A DNA stretch of 64,000 bases, taken from Octopus vulgaris (Eukaryota). The first letter of the stretch is position 1. Every line of letters begins with the position of its first letter. A model generated the notes under the pieces. It made no database searches. It was given only the letters and a program-made list of their open reading frames with translations, and was not told the DNA's origin. A program made the position numbers and the translations under genes. The DNA lies in contig OX597814.1 of the NCBI GenBank assembly GCA_951406725.2, positions 154,318,001 to 154,382,000 of the forward strand, written 5' to 3'. This document shows positions 38,412-51,905 of the stretch, piece by piece.

Positions 38412-38699
38412 TTCACATTGATTTGAATTAATCATGTATTATCTAGTAACTTTGAGATTTCAATGATGTGATTGTTTATTTTACAATAACATTGTTAGGT
38501 AGGTGTGAGAGGCCAAATGGTTAAATAAGGTATCCATCCAGTCTTAAGATAGCAGGGTGTGATTTGAAGGAGGTTTCCTTGTTATAATTCTTGCAGGTCA
38601 AACAAATGGGTATGTACTCCCTCATTGGTTTATATCCTGTCAGTGATATAGTACTGTGTTCATGGCTACAACACTTCATTCTCATATAGTCCAGTACCC

Positions 38700-39669
38700 A
38701 TCCTCTTAACTGTGAATAGATAATAAAAGTAGGAAGTCAACAAATTCAGTAACTTCATATTCTAAACATTGCCAAATATATATAAAATAGGTTTAGCTGC
38801 CACTTTTCAGTTAAGAAATATTTCAGTGTTGAACAGCTGATAACCGTTTCTAAAACCCAAATATAATACTTTACGTTGGGGTATTACTTTCATATCTGGG
38901 ACAATATTCTTCATTCAATCATAGTGCAAAACATGGTAAATACAGAAATTTCCTTCTTTATTTTATTTACCATTTCTTATCTCAAAAACACCCACAAATC
39001 TCATTCTGATTGCTTTATTTCGCAGAGTAAAATATTTGTCTTATTTTATAGCATTTTTTGCTATATAATAGTAAATATTCTTGCTTGGCTTATATTTCAG
39101 TGAAGGACTTTTAAGAATTAATATTCTTCTTTGCTCTTGTTTTGTTTTGTGTATAGACTAAATATATTGACTGTTCAGAAAAAAAAAAGTTTTCTTTTTG
39201 TTCTACATATTTCATGTCTTTTTGTCAAGTATCAGTTTTTGTTTGTTCATATATCTAACAGAATTCATTCATAATGGAGGGAAAAGCATCTTCTGGCATA
39301 AAAATCTAAAAAATTTAGATTATAGTCTGATATTGTCGTAGACAATAAGTCTTGGTTTAGATTGTTAGCGTAACATTGTCAGAGATAGTGCCTTAAGGTT
39401 CAGATTTTTACTCCTGATAACATAATTCTAGTAGAAGAGTTGGTTTTGTATGAAATTCATGCACAGCAGACAGTGTGTGGAATGAAAGGGCAAAAAGGAT
39501 ATGTGTAAGGATATAGTGTGTAGTAAGTCTGCTAAGATAAAATGACAGTTACCATTCTTCAGTGTCCAAACAGGAAGTTGGAAAACAAAACCCACATAGA
39601 ATGAAATAAGAAAATGCAAAAATAAAGATAAAAAAAGAAGAAATATGTATGAAATTACTTTGAAGGGCA
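38700..39669 (-). other. Probable 3' UTR of the SLC26A11-like gene
   Basis: About 1 kb of repeat-poor AT-rich sequence directly after the stop; minus-strand AATAAA hexamers near 38960 and 39015. End point not determined. Confidence 0.45.
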
Positions 39670-39765
39670 TCAACTTTTCATGATCAGTTCCTGAGCAGAT
39701 TCAACGGAAGAGGAAAACAGAAGTGGAGTGATATCAGCGTTGACAATTTCATTGCGAACAGATGG
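39670..39765 (-). CDS. SLC26A11: SLC26A11-like terminal coding exon: PSVRNEIVNADITPLLFSSSVESAQELIMKS*
   Basis: Acceptor cctttcttccag, phase 0, TGA at 39672-39670; fits the STAS C-terminus ('P.V...L..AD......S.VE.A'). Confidence 0.85.
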   Translation of the reverse strand, partial: PSVRNEIVNADITPLLFSSSVESAQELIMKS

Positions 39766-40222
39766 CTGGAAGAAAGGATAAACAGATAAATGAATAAATA
39801 AATAAATAAATAAATAGTTAAATAAATAAATAAAAAATGATTAAGGCATTATTATTATTGATTATTGATAATGTTGATTTATTATTGGTGTCTTTTGATT
39901 ATGTGCATGGCTCGTATTGTTTAATGTCATTTTTGACTGAAGATTGATATCAAAGTTGATGTAAAAATTATTAACGTCAATATACATTTAGAACTAGTTA
40001 TGATACCAATCCAAGCTGAAATTGTGATGTCATAGAAATCTAGTCACAACTGAATGGTGTACATTTGGAACAAGTTATGATATCAATCCCTGCTAAAATG
40101 TGACATCATAGAACACTAGTCATAGACCACCACCCCTGAATCTCACGTTCATCTTTACAAATAGTATGTAATAATTAAATGTGCTCAAGCAAACATAGAA
40201 AAAATGATAAAAGTTGTCTTAC

Positions 40223-40288
40223 CCTGAGGCCAGAGAGTATTAGTGAAGTATTTCTTTGATTAAGTTCTGACACTAGTTTGAACAAACA
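40223..40288 (-). CDS. SLC26A11: SLC26A11-like exon, STAS: CLFKLVSELNQRNTSLILSGLR
   Basis: Acceptor tttatttccag, donor gtaaga; 66 nt, phase 0-0; fits the STAS helix/strand that follows DYT. Confidence 0.85.
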
Positions 40289-42068
40289 CTGGAAATAAAG
40301 AATTAGAAGTGTTATAGTATTTTGGACTGAATGTAGAGTAGAAATGTAAACTTGAGAATTAGCAGTTATTTAATAGTTTGGACTGGGCATAGAGTAAGGC
40401 AGTCATCTAGAGGCTCTGAGTTCAATCCCAGGCGAGGTACTAACTTAATTCACAAAAATTAACTGAAACAAAAAATATGAAGCACAGAGAGTGCAATGAT
40501 AACAGTGTACTTCTGCGGATTAAATAAAGGGTTAGGTTTGAAATTCTGATACAACAACCAAGTCCAACACAAGAAGACTGAAACATACAGCAGCTGAAAT
40601 GTAGTGAAAGCAACAATCAAGATGAGGAAACCGGTCCAACTAATATAAACAGTATATGTAAGAGGATTAGCAATAATATAATAGCTTGGACTCTGAGCAT
40701 AGAGTAGAAATGAAAATCTGAGAATGACCAATCATGGAATAGTTTGAAGTGAGCATAAGTTGAAGGAAATCTGGAAATTAGCAATAATATAAGGGTTTGA
40801 ACTTAGCATAGACAAGAAATGAAGAGGAAAAAGTTTGCAACATTATAATGAATTACACAAAGATGTTATCCTTATCAAAAAAAAAAAATACTTAAATCAG
40901 TGTTAAGATGTATTAATGCAGCAAACATTAAGAAGCTAAATAGGAATAATTTGAAGTAAGGAAAAGTCATATTGGTCGAAGTGTAACATCATTTTTATTA
41001 TTGAAAGGCAAAGTGGCTGAGTTCCATTTGAGTGTTGGGCCTCAGAGAGGCAATGAGCAAGACCTTTGGCATTATGATGTGCTTGTGAAGAAGGCCCATC
41101 AAGCCGAGCAAAATCACAGCTGTGGCAGATACTGGTGCCATGCAAATGGCATCCATGCCGGTGGCACATAAAAGCACCCATTACACACTCAGAGTGGTTG
41201 GCGTTAGAAAGGGCATTCAGCCATAGAAAACCATGCCAAATCAGACTGGAGCCTGTGACAGCCTTCCAGTGTGACAGTCTAGTCAAACCGTCCAATCCAT
41301 GGACAACGGATGTTAAATGATGATGATGATGAACTGGCAGAATCATTACTATGCCAGGTAAAATGCTTAGTAGTATTTCTTTCTGCTCTTTATGTTCTGA
41401 GTTCAAAGCTGATAAGGTCAATTTTGCTTTTATCCCTCCCAGGTCAATAAAGTACAAGTCAAGAGCTAGGGTTGATATAATCAACTTATATCTTTCTCTC
41501 ATAAATGGTTATCCTCATGCCAAAATTAGAAAGAATATTATTTTAATTTTTTTGCCAAGTATGGTTGACAACTCTTGATACGTTTAGGTATCATGACTTC
41601 ATCAGAGATGCATATTTTTTAACCATACTCTCTGAAGTAATAATAGTGAAACACTAAGTCAATGTACAAGTGTGTACATTAGTTGGCATAGAAAATTGGA
41701 ATTCTATATGGAAGACAATAGCTAAATTAGTGTTCACATATTTAGTGCAGAAATCATCAAAAAGTTAACTAGAAAAAAAGTATTTGCTGAGAAAACAAAA
41801 CACTATTAGTCACTGACCATCCAGTCTTTTATTTTCAAATACAGCATCCAAGATCTTATCATCTAAGGAGACCCAGTTGCTATTTCTAACAGGTCAAGTA
41901 ATCTGATATAGGCCACTGTGTCAACTCATATAATACATATGCATGTATGTACATGTGTTTGTATGTGTGGTTATGCTCATACAAGTATATTTTTCATGAC
42001 ATATACATATTTTAGATACATCTATCTATCTATTTATCTCTCTCTATCTCCATATATATATATAAGCA

Positions 42069-42608
42069 TTGCTACCTAAATGTGGCAGACCCATAGGGCA
42101 CGATGCTACTGTTGTTTATGGCCCCAGGAAGACATTTCCTCCAGCTGGCTAACGACACACTATCTCTGTCTGATTAGTATTTGCATGTAGCCTTACATGA
42201 TACGCACAGACCCAGGTTTCTAGGAAGTAACCGGTCATTAGCATGTGACAGTCACCAGCTAGCAATGAGAATTCATTCCAAATGCAAAATACTATATGCT
42301 TTTTCGAGTGACAGACTGTCGCTGATCTTGAAAAAGGAGAAACAAGCAATAATAAATCTGAATGAGATGTAAACAGTAGCAGTATGGGATTGTGAAATAT
42401 ATTTGCCACCTAAATGTGGTGGACCCATAGGGGACAATGCTACTGTTGTTTATAACCCCAGGAAGATGATTTCCCTTCACAAATACTAATTGAACACAGA
42501 CAGAGTGCCATTAGCCAGCTGGAGGGAATGTCTTCCTGGGGCTATAAACAACAGTTGCATCGTCCTCTATGGGTCTGCCACATTTAGGTGGCAAATATAC
42601 TTCACAAT
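42069..42608. mobile_element. Partial-tandem plus inverted repeat element in (TA)n
   Basis: 42069-42140 recurs directly at ~42403-42475, and 42069-42185 recurs inverted at ~42480-42595. Confidence 0.8.
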
Positions 42609-43089
42609 GTATATACCTATATATATATATGTGTGTGTGTATATGTTTATATATATATATATCTTTATCTATCTATAGACATATATATAGAGAGAGAGTG
42701 GAAAATGAAGATAAACACTAGTATAAATATTTTGTTCCAAAGTACATTTCACCATTGCAGTTGTTAGATGTTTCAAGTGCACTTGGATGCCTAGCTGCAT
42801 CTTACTGTTTATCTTTTATTTTCCGCTACATATGCCCGGTATATCATAAACAGTAACACTGCTATGTACAGAGGTCGACTAACCCCTATACTGGAAGCTG
42901 ACTAGATAATCTTTATCTATAAGGAGCCCTAACTCATACAGTAATAGCCATATATCTAACTGTACACACAAGATAGGTATATATGTATGTGTGTGTGTGT
43001 ATACATATACATATATATATATATATATATGCATTAAGAAACAAATTTCAAAGGTCGGTGTATACATTCATTCAATCCATTTCAAATTA

Positions 43090-44645
43090 TCGAAATTCTC
43101 CATAATATACAATATATGCATTCACATATATGAGATATGATAAAAATTTATAGATACATATACATACGAAGATTAAGAAATATATAAAAATTCATAAATA
43201 TATAAAAATTTACAAACATAAAAATTCATAAATATAAAAACGCATAAATATAAATACATAGATGTACTAGTGAAGTTCGAATGTCCGTATTAGAATCAAT
43301 GAGGAGGGTAGATAAGACAGTATAAAATGATTCATGAGGAATCCTAGATAGGTACAACATCTTATGGCCAGTTCGAGAAGATATAGGTTGATATGGGTGA
43401 GCTAATTCCAACCATAGCAGTTATCCATACTTCTCTCATCAGAATTAATTTAAAGAGTTAAAACTTTAAGGGATACGAGAGGTTTGATAATTTTTAAAAA
43501 AAGAATATTTAGTCAAACCATACTCTTCATGCAGATGATATTAAAATTATTACAAGTTAAGGTACATTACGACACTATACAAAATAGTATTTTAAGAAGA
43601 GTCCATAATATAAAGGATGGCTAGATTAAGCTCCTATAGCCTAATTATTTTTGGGGTAGAATTTAGAAGTCGAAAGATATTTGTGTCTACAGGTAATTAT
43701 GACATCAGATATCTTAAGCAAGCTACTTCTGTTGGCACGGATTATGTGGATTGCCTCCTTCGTACATAAGTTGCAATTTTTTGTGTGTGTATTACATGGT
43801 GTGGCCTCTGTTATTATAGACCAATCTAGACTAAATTCTTTATTGTGCATTTTTAATTTATTGATGTGGGTAGCTAATGTGGTTGAAGTTTTAGTTTCAT
43901 GGTTAGTGAATGAGTTTGTATGCACCCTAATCTAATTTTAAAATCAGTCATACTACCTATGTAAATCTTTTTAGGTTCATTAAGGGTTGAGACTTCAACT
44001 TTATATATGACATTTCTCCTTAAACAGAAACCTTTTAGGGGACAGAGCTCCCAATTATGACAATTACATGTTTTATTTGTTTTATTTCCCGGTTTCATCT
44101 TTCAATTTTTAATATCAGTGTTCTTATTATTGTCCTTCATATTAGGGTCAGCTAAGTTATCTCTATTAGTGTCATTATTTCTAAGTTTAAGTCTATTGTT
44201 GGCTAAGATAATAGATCCTAGATTGGGTGTGGTTGAGAAAGATAATTTAAGGCAGGATCTATTAAATATAGAGTGATATTTATGACCTAGTGGGAAGTTC
44301 CTATCGATAATGCTAAAAAATAACTTAGGGAGGTTTCTTACCTGGAGGGGAAAGTGAGGTGTGAATCATATAATTTCCCATCTCCTCCCTGAATTGTTCC
44401 TATTCTGCCCAGTATAGTTATTGTTATAATTGAATAAGCTATAGCGTCTTCTAAAATGTTGTTGGTTTCTATATTTGGCGGGGGTTGTTCATGGGAGGTA
44501 TGTCAATGTTTGAATTCACAATGTTTGGAAACTGTTTGCTTAATTTGTTTTTAAATATTGTATAATATATTTTTCTATTAAATCCACTGTCTTTTAGTGC
44601 TGTGTTATAAAGGGGTGCAGTTATTATAACCACTAACTCTGTTTA
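43090..44645 (-). mobile_element. Naiad-type Penelope-like element, 5'-truncated and decayed
   Basis: YNTALKDSGF...II*FTPHF...NFPLGHKYHSIFNRS...CNCHNWELCPLKGFCL.RNVIYK...YIG...CNLCTKE...CRHK: CxCx5C linker, GIY-YIG, CxxC and CRH motifs; stops and a frameshift. Confidence 0.88.
43359..43446 (-). ncRNA. Hammerhead-like motif with extended stem II in the Naiad 3' region
   Basis: CTGATGA GAGAAG...CTTCTC GAAC TGGCCA TA; one core change (A15.1 to C); stem I weak. Confidence 0.55.
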
Positions 44646-45548
44646 CTCTCTCTATATATATATGTTAAAAAGCATCCAGTCCACACTGTAAAGTGGTTAG
44701 CATTTGGAAGGGCAATCAGTCATAAAAACCATGCCGAACTGACTTTGTCTGTGCTTGTGCAATGTAAAAAGCACTCAGTCCACTCTGAAGAGTGGTTGGT
44801 GTAAGGAAGGGTATCCAGCTTTAAAATCACACCAAAACAGACAGGGAGTCTGATGCAGGCTCCTACCTGGCCAGTTCCTGTCAAACTGTCCAACTCATGC
44901 CAGCAGGGAAGGAGGGCATTAAATGATGATATATATATATATATATATATATGGGGCACTAAGAGCACCATCTGAGCATGATTGTTGACAGAACGGCTAA
45001 CTGGCTTTCGTGCCGGTGGCACGTAAAAGGCACCATTTGATCATTATAGTTATAGCCTTACCTGGCACTTGTGTCAGTGGCATGTGAAAAAAACATTTGA
45101 GCAAGGTTGTTGCCAGTACTGCTTGACTGGCCCCCATGCTGGTGGCACATAAAAGCACCCACTACACTCTCGGAGTGGTTGGCGTTAGGAAGGGCATCCA
45201 GCTGTAGAAACTCTGCCAGATCAAGATTGGAGCCTGGTGCAGCCATCTGGTTTGCCAGTCCTCAGCCATATCGTCCAACCCATGCTAGCATGGAAAGAGG
45301 ACGTTAAAAGATGATGATGATGATGATATATATAGTTTGTATGTGTGTGTGTGTGCATCTGTTTGCATATACTCATGGATGTAATCTGTAGCTGAGTAAA
45401 AAGAAGGATTGTGTTTGATGTATGGACAGGTGAGAATGATGAATGTCAATAGGTATGAGAATGGGAAAAATATCAGCAACATCAACAGAAACAAAATAAA
45501 AAATAAAATCCAAGAAAGAACAACGAAAGAATAAGCTCAGTTGCAATG

Positions 45549-45617
<69 letters not shown>

Positions 45618-47028
45618 CAAGACAGTGAGTCAATCGGTTTTTCATATAACATCACAAGTAACTAACCATAGAGATACAGAGAGATAAAGCAAGGTGATGA
45701 GAGATTAAGAGATAGAGAGAGTGGGAGAAAGAGAGAGAGAGAGAGAACATGTGAGAGTTAGATGCAGGGAGAGAAAAATAATTAAGGTGTACTAATTACA
45801 TTTATGTTAGTAAGGTGTGTTAAAGTGCAAAACAATAAAGACTCACACACATACAGGTAAACAAACAGGCACACACACACACACAAAACTATAATGTATA
45901 TGAGTTCATGTAATAAGTACACTTACTCATTGCATAATGATGTGTATTCCTATGGACCATGCATACTCACACATAGATACCCATTTAATGACTACACTAG
46001 CTAATCTTCACACATACTATGCATACATATACTCTACGTACATACATTCACACATACTATACATGTGTGTTCAACTATACATACTGAACAGCCAAACACA
46101 CACACACACTTTCTGATCTTTGGGTGCCTTTAGTGAAGCCTGCCCCATAGCCAGCATTTTGATCCAATTTCTGGCTTGAGGATATCAAGGTCTTTCACCC
46201 TTCCTTCCAGCTGTTTTGGAAGCCCTGCCAAAAATGTGATAGGTACACCCACTTTCCCCCACACACATCAAGCCATAAATATGATGAGTATCCATGAACA
46301 CACATACACGCACATACACACACACTCACACACAATGCATACACACACACACACATTCATACAGACATACATAAGCACAAACACACAGAGAGTAGTACAA
46401 ATATTTAGTTTTCATAATAAAAGGTGTATAAATTCACTTATAAAACCTGCAGGAAGTTGGTAAATACATAATTATATACATAGACACTCTCTACATAAAC
46501 ATAAAAAGTATATATAAACACATATCTTTGTGTAAGCATGTAAATATGTACACACATATACACAAAGACACAGTTACGTGTGTATATGTACATATGAGTA
46601 CATGTGCATGTATATATATATATTTCTTTACTACCCACAAGGAGCTAAACATAGAGGAGACAAACAAGGACAGGTAAAGGGATTAAGTCGATTACATCGA
46701 CCCCAGTGTGAAACTGGTACTTTATTTATCAACCCCGAAAGGATGAATGGCAAAGTCAACCTCGGCAGAATTTGAACTCAGAACGTAACGGCAGACATAA
46801 TACTGCTAAACATTTCGCCCAGCATGCTAACGTCTCTGCCAGCTCGCCGCCTTATGTGTGTATATATATTTATGCACATATGTATGTATGTGTGTATGCA
46901 TATATATATATATAAATATATATATAACTTAGCTCTCTATTCCTAATGTCCAACAATGTTGATGTATAATTCTTTTGTTATCACTTATGGGTTGTTAATG
47001 TATTTGAATGTGTGTGTATTTGCCTACA

Positions 47029-47127
<99 letters not shown>

Positions 47128-47128
47128 A

Positions 47129-47320
47129 GGCGCAGGAGTGGCTGTGTGGTAAGTAGCTTGCTAACCAACCACATGGTTCCAGGTTCAGTCCCACTTCGTG
47201 GCATCTTGGGCAAGTGTCTTCTGCTATAGCCCCGGGCCGACCAATGCCTTGTGAGTGGATTTGGTAAATGTAAACTGAAAGAAGCCTGTCGTATATATAT
47301 ATATTTGTGTTTTTTTTAAC

Positions 47321-47368
<48 letters not shown>

Positions 47369-47579
47369 TTGTGTGTCTGTGTTTGTCCCCCTAGCATTGC
47401 TTGACAACCGATGCTGGTGTGTTTACGTCCCCAACACTTAGCGGTTTGGCAACAGAGACCGATGAATAAGCACTGGGCTTACAAAGAATAAGTCCCGGGG
47501 TCGATTTGCTCGACTAAAGGCAGTGCTCCAGCATGGCCGCAGTCAAATGACTGAAACAAGTAAAAGAGAGAAAGAGAGT
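47129..47579 (+). mobile_element. tRNA-derived SINE family B with internal (TA)n/(TG)n microsatellite
   Basis: Head ggcgcaggagtggctgtgtggtaag...gttcagtccc, tail atgactgaaacaagtaaaagag. Similar copies at about 56741-57108(+), 29001-29391(-), 36000-36450(-), 1405-1875(-), 28045-28450(+). Confidence 0.85.
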
Positions 47580-50573
47580 ATATATATAGGAACATTGTTC
47601 TTGCTTCTGACTAAGAGATATAAAAAAGCATTAAACTTCGGCTTGCATCACATGTTTAGTATTCATACAAGAAATAATACTGAATGGAAAACAAAGAGGA
47701 CTAATCTATCTATAAAGTTTTTATACCAAACATGGTTGGAGACTTTGCGGATGTGAATGACAACATTGCTTCTTCAGAGAATTTTCAAAGCTAAGAGACC
47801 ATGTGTGTATAATGTAGGAAAAAGAGTGAGCTCTTGTGGTATATAATCCATCGGATTAATATCAATATACTCGTCTTTGTACTACCAGGTTGATGAATGC
47901 TTTGTGGTCACCTTTATGACAAGCAATATGTTTGTTATGGAATTCTTGTGGGAGAATAGAAAGATAGTTTTTTGTTGCCGTCTTTCAGGTACCTTATTTC
48001 TTTATTGCCCACAAGAGGCTAAACATAGAGGGGACAAACAAGGACAGACAAAGGGATTAAGTCGATTACATCGACCCCAGTGCATAGCTGGTACTTAATT
48101 TATCGATCCCGAAAGGATGAGAGGCAAAGTCGACCTCGGAGGAATTTGAACTCAGAACGTAATGGCAGATGAAATACCTATTTCTTTACTGCCCACAAGG
48201 GGCTAAACACAGAGAGGACAAACAAACGGATTAAATCGATTACATCGACCCCAGTCTGTAACTGGTACTTAATTTATTGACCTCGAAAGGATGAAAGGCA
48301 AATTCGACCTCGGCGGAATTTGAACTCAGAACGTAATGGCAGATGAAATACCGGTAAGCATTTCGCCCGGCATACTAACATTTCTGCCAGCTCACTGTCT
48401 TTCAGGTACCTTATTTACAAGATGTCTTTCGGGTACCTTATTTACAAGATGCCCATGTTGATGCCATGTAAAAAGCACCCATGCTAGTGTCACATACAAA
48501 GTTCTTATGCTGGTGTTATGTATCAACATAGCATCATTCCAGTGCCATGTAATAGCACTGGTACCAGGTAAAAAACAGTTGTGCTACTGCCACATAAAAA
48601 GCACTTGTGCCAGTGTCACATAGAAGCACCTATTCCAGTGCCATGTAAAAAGCACCCAGTACACTCTGTAAAGTGGTTGGTGTTAGGAAGAGCATCCAGC
48701 TGTAGAAACCATGCCAAAACAGATAGTTGGAGTCTGGTGCAGCTCTCTGGCTGGCCAGCTCCAGACAAACTTCCAACCCATACCAGGATGGAAAATGGAC
48801 ATATGGTGGTGATGATGACACTATCTTGATGGTAAGATACAGACACTTTTTCCACACTTGCATGGGCAGTGAGAAAGTAAAGACTTGGAAAAATTACCAC
48901 AAAGCATTTTGTCTAGCCCACATGGCTGTGTAATTCAGAAGGCTGTTTTGTAGTCACATGGTTTCAGGTTGAGTCCTTCTGCACAGCACCTTGGGCAAAT
49001 GTTTTCTACTATAGCCCTGGGCTGACTGATGTCTTGAGACTGAATTTGTTGGCAGGCAAAAACTGTGTGGAAGCTTGTAGCATATATGTATATACTTCTA
49101 GTCCTGATTTGCAAATTGAATAGACCATGTATCAGAGCTTGAAGATTGCTTGGAGATACAAAGCATGTCATAAAAACCTACCTAGACCTGCACTTCCAAA
49201 ACAAGGAACTATTAGTAACTCATATACTGTGAACGAGGAGGAGCTGTTTAAAGAAGTGCTAATCTTTAACTGTGGGAGGAACCTGTGAAAGAGGTAGACC
49301 CACGAAGACATGGGATGAGGTGGTGAAGCATGATCTTCAAATGTTGGGCCTAACAGAGGTAATGACAAGTGACCAAGATCTTTGGAGATATGCAGTGCTT
49401 GAGAAGATCCGTCAAGCCAAGTGAAATCATAGCCATGGCCAATGCCAGTGTTATGTAAAATGGCACTCAAGAAATCATAGTGGTTGCTGATGTCATGTAA
49501 ATGGCACCCATGCTGGTGGCACATAAAAAGCGCCCATTACACTCTTGGAGTGGTTGGCATTAGGAAGGGCATCCAGCCATAGAAACCATGCTAAATCAGA
49601 CTGAAACCTGGTGTGGCTTTCCAGCTTACCAATTCCAATTGAACTGTCTAACCCATGATGATGATGATGATGATACATATTCACACTTGCGCATGTGTGA
49701 GTGTTTGTCCATGCCACTACTTGACAACTGATGCTGGTTTGTTTACATCCCTGTAATTTGACAGTTTGGCAAAAGAGGCTGATAGCATAAGTATTAGACT
49801 CAAAATCAACATGTGCTAGTGTTGATTTGTTTGGCTAAACCCTTCAAGGTACTGCCCCACCATGGCCACTGATAGTTCAATGAGTGAAACAAATAATAGA
49901 TAAAGTTCTGGTCAACCCACTGCACTGGGATGATCCTTTATTTTATTGACACTGGGAGGATGAAAATCAAAGCTGAACTTAGTACAATTCAGAACATAAA
50001 AAGAAGATAAAAACAAGTAAAAATATATAAAAAAAAAAATAATTACAAAAAATAACAATACAAAACAAAAACTACAAAGGTATTTTGCTTGAAGTGCTTG
50101 AAGCTCTAATGATTCAGTCAATTCACTGTTTTATGTTACTAAAAATGTAATAATTACATTATTGACCTTCATCTTACTAAGTCCCATTTTGTAGATCTTG
50201 GAAGAATGAAAAGCAAAATCAATTCCAGCAGGATTGAGGTTTGGAACACAGCAAAACGAAGCTCAATGCTTTGATGAATTTAGTCTTGTCTCTGCACTCT
50301 TTCACCCATCTCCACTAATAAGACTAACACTAAAAATATCGATTTATAACATAGGCAACAAAGCTTCCAAAGTCAGGGGATTGATGTAGTTAATTATATC
50401 AACTTCAGTGCTTGACTGGTAATTAATTTTATCAATGAAAGATAAATTTAACCTTGATGAGAATTGAATTCAAATTACCAAGAGCTGTAATGAAACATCC
50501 ACATCATTCCCTTAATATCCACTTTTCCATGCTTGCATGGGTTGGATGGAGTTTAATGAGGGCAGATTTTCTA

Positions 50574-50788
50574 TGAGGGGGTGCTGAAAACTTCCTGGTT
50601 TAAAGGGTATCACAAAAAGCCTGGTTGGAAGCTCAACCTTCCAAGTTCTTTCACAGGGATTAGAAAAACTGAAGGACCACTGCAATAAGTTTGTGAATCT
50701 GAGAGGGAAATATGTTGAATAAAATTATAATTAACTGATCCTTCTGTATTTTTTTTTACCCAAATCAGGAACTTTTCATGACCCCTCA
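50574..50788 (+). mobile_element. mariner-derived MITE
   Basis: TA flanks; TIRs tgagggggtgctgaaaacttcctg / caggaacttttcatgacccctca; retains a transposase C-terminus GLEKLKDHCNKFVNLRGKYVE*. Confidence 0.85.
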
Positions 50789-51222
50789 TATGGCTGGATA
50801 CTCTTCTTGTCGTTAACCCTCACCTGCTTCTAAGCATGGTAATTTTTCCTTATGGTTAGGCATGTTTTTGCTGACTATTGGAAATGAATGACATTCATTC
50901 ACAACAATCATGCAATAACAAGAAAACGGAAACAAACACACACATACATATATACATACACACACACATGCACATGAATGCACACATACACATTTCTATA
51001 TATGTTTATATATATGACTAGCTTGTTTCACTTTCTATCTACCAAATCCATTCACTAAAATTTGGTCAGCTGGGGCTATAGTAAAAAACACTTGCCCAAG
51101 GCGCCATGTATTGGGACTGAACCATGTGGTTGGGAAGCAAACTTCTTAACCACATAACCACACCTATTTTGTCTGATGCTATAATGGAAATGTGAAAATA
51201 TCTAGAATGTGTTTTCACTTAC

Positions 51223-51290
51223 CTGAATTGCTGTATAGTCCAATTTATAAATATATTGGCAATCTACAATAATAGCTTTGGGCTCGTCCC
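51223..51290 (-). CDS. SLC26A11: SLC26A11-like exon, STAS core: GDEPKAIIVDCQYIYKLDYTAIQ
   Basis: (CT)n-ctatag acceptor, gtaagt donor; 68 nt, phase 1-0; conserved STAS 'IIVDC..I..LDYTA' motif. Confidence 0.92.
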
Positions 51291-51905
51291 CTATAGAGAG
51301 TGAGAGAGAGAGAGAGGAAGAAAGAGGTTACAAAATAAATAATTTCAATGAACAGAAACACATCATTTCAATAATAATTAAAGTGAGACATTAAGATACA
51401 AAGTCTTGTATTTTACTGGCTGAGCTGATACGAGTAACTAACTCTGTGACTGTGAAACATAACATTGTGTAACAATATTTGCCCTTGGGTACCAACTGTT
51501 ATTTCCTATATGCTAACCCCTAGAAAGTATGAAAAATGGCTAATATTTCCTTCAAACTTTGCCTCTGTTACATTTATCCAAACCTCAAAGAATCCCTCTC
51601 ATCACATGGCTATGATGCTCCCCCACTACTCCTGCACATGATCAGAGATGCATGTATTGTCAGCCAATAAGGAACATGCTCAAGTGGTTATGGTCAAGCA
51701 AATGTAATATTAAGCAGAATATTTGCTATAACAATATTTCTGCTTCCGCAACTCAGCATTGACTGTCTGAAATGTAATGGAAAATAAGTCAATTTCAAAA
51801 CATTGACATCCAGGTTACAAAAGCAAAATTTGAAGGGAATACTAGTTATTTCCTTTGATTTCTAGATGGAAGTAAATAGGAAATAAAACTGACTAAAGAC
51901 AAAAA

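Noticed and set aside
44100-44370. In-frame TGA codons in the Naiad-type element as possible selenocysteine
   Set aside because: One TGA sits at the conserved Trp of II(W)F.P and the other in a variable linker. The conserved Cys positions are normal Cys codons, and the copy is also frameshifted.
46130-46224. Extra SLC26 exon after a ttttggcag acceptor
   Set aside because: Phase-0 reading stops after 9 codons, and the STAS sequence is already continuous from 51223 to 40288.
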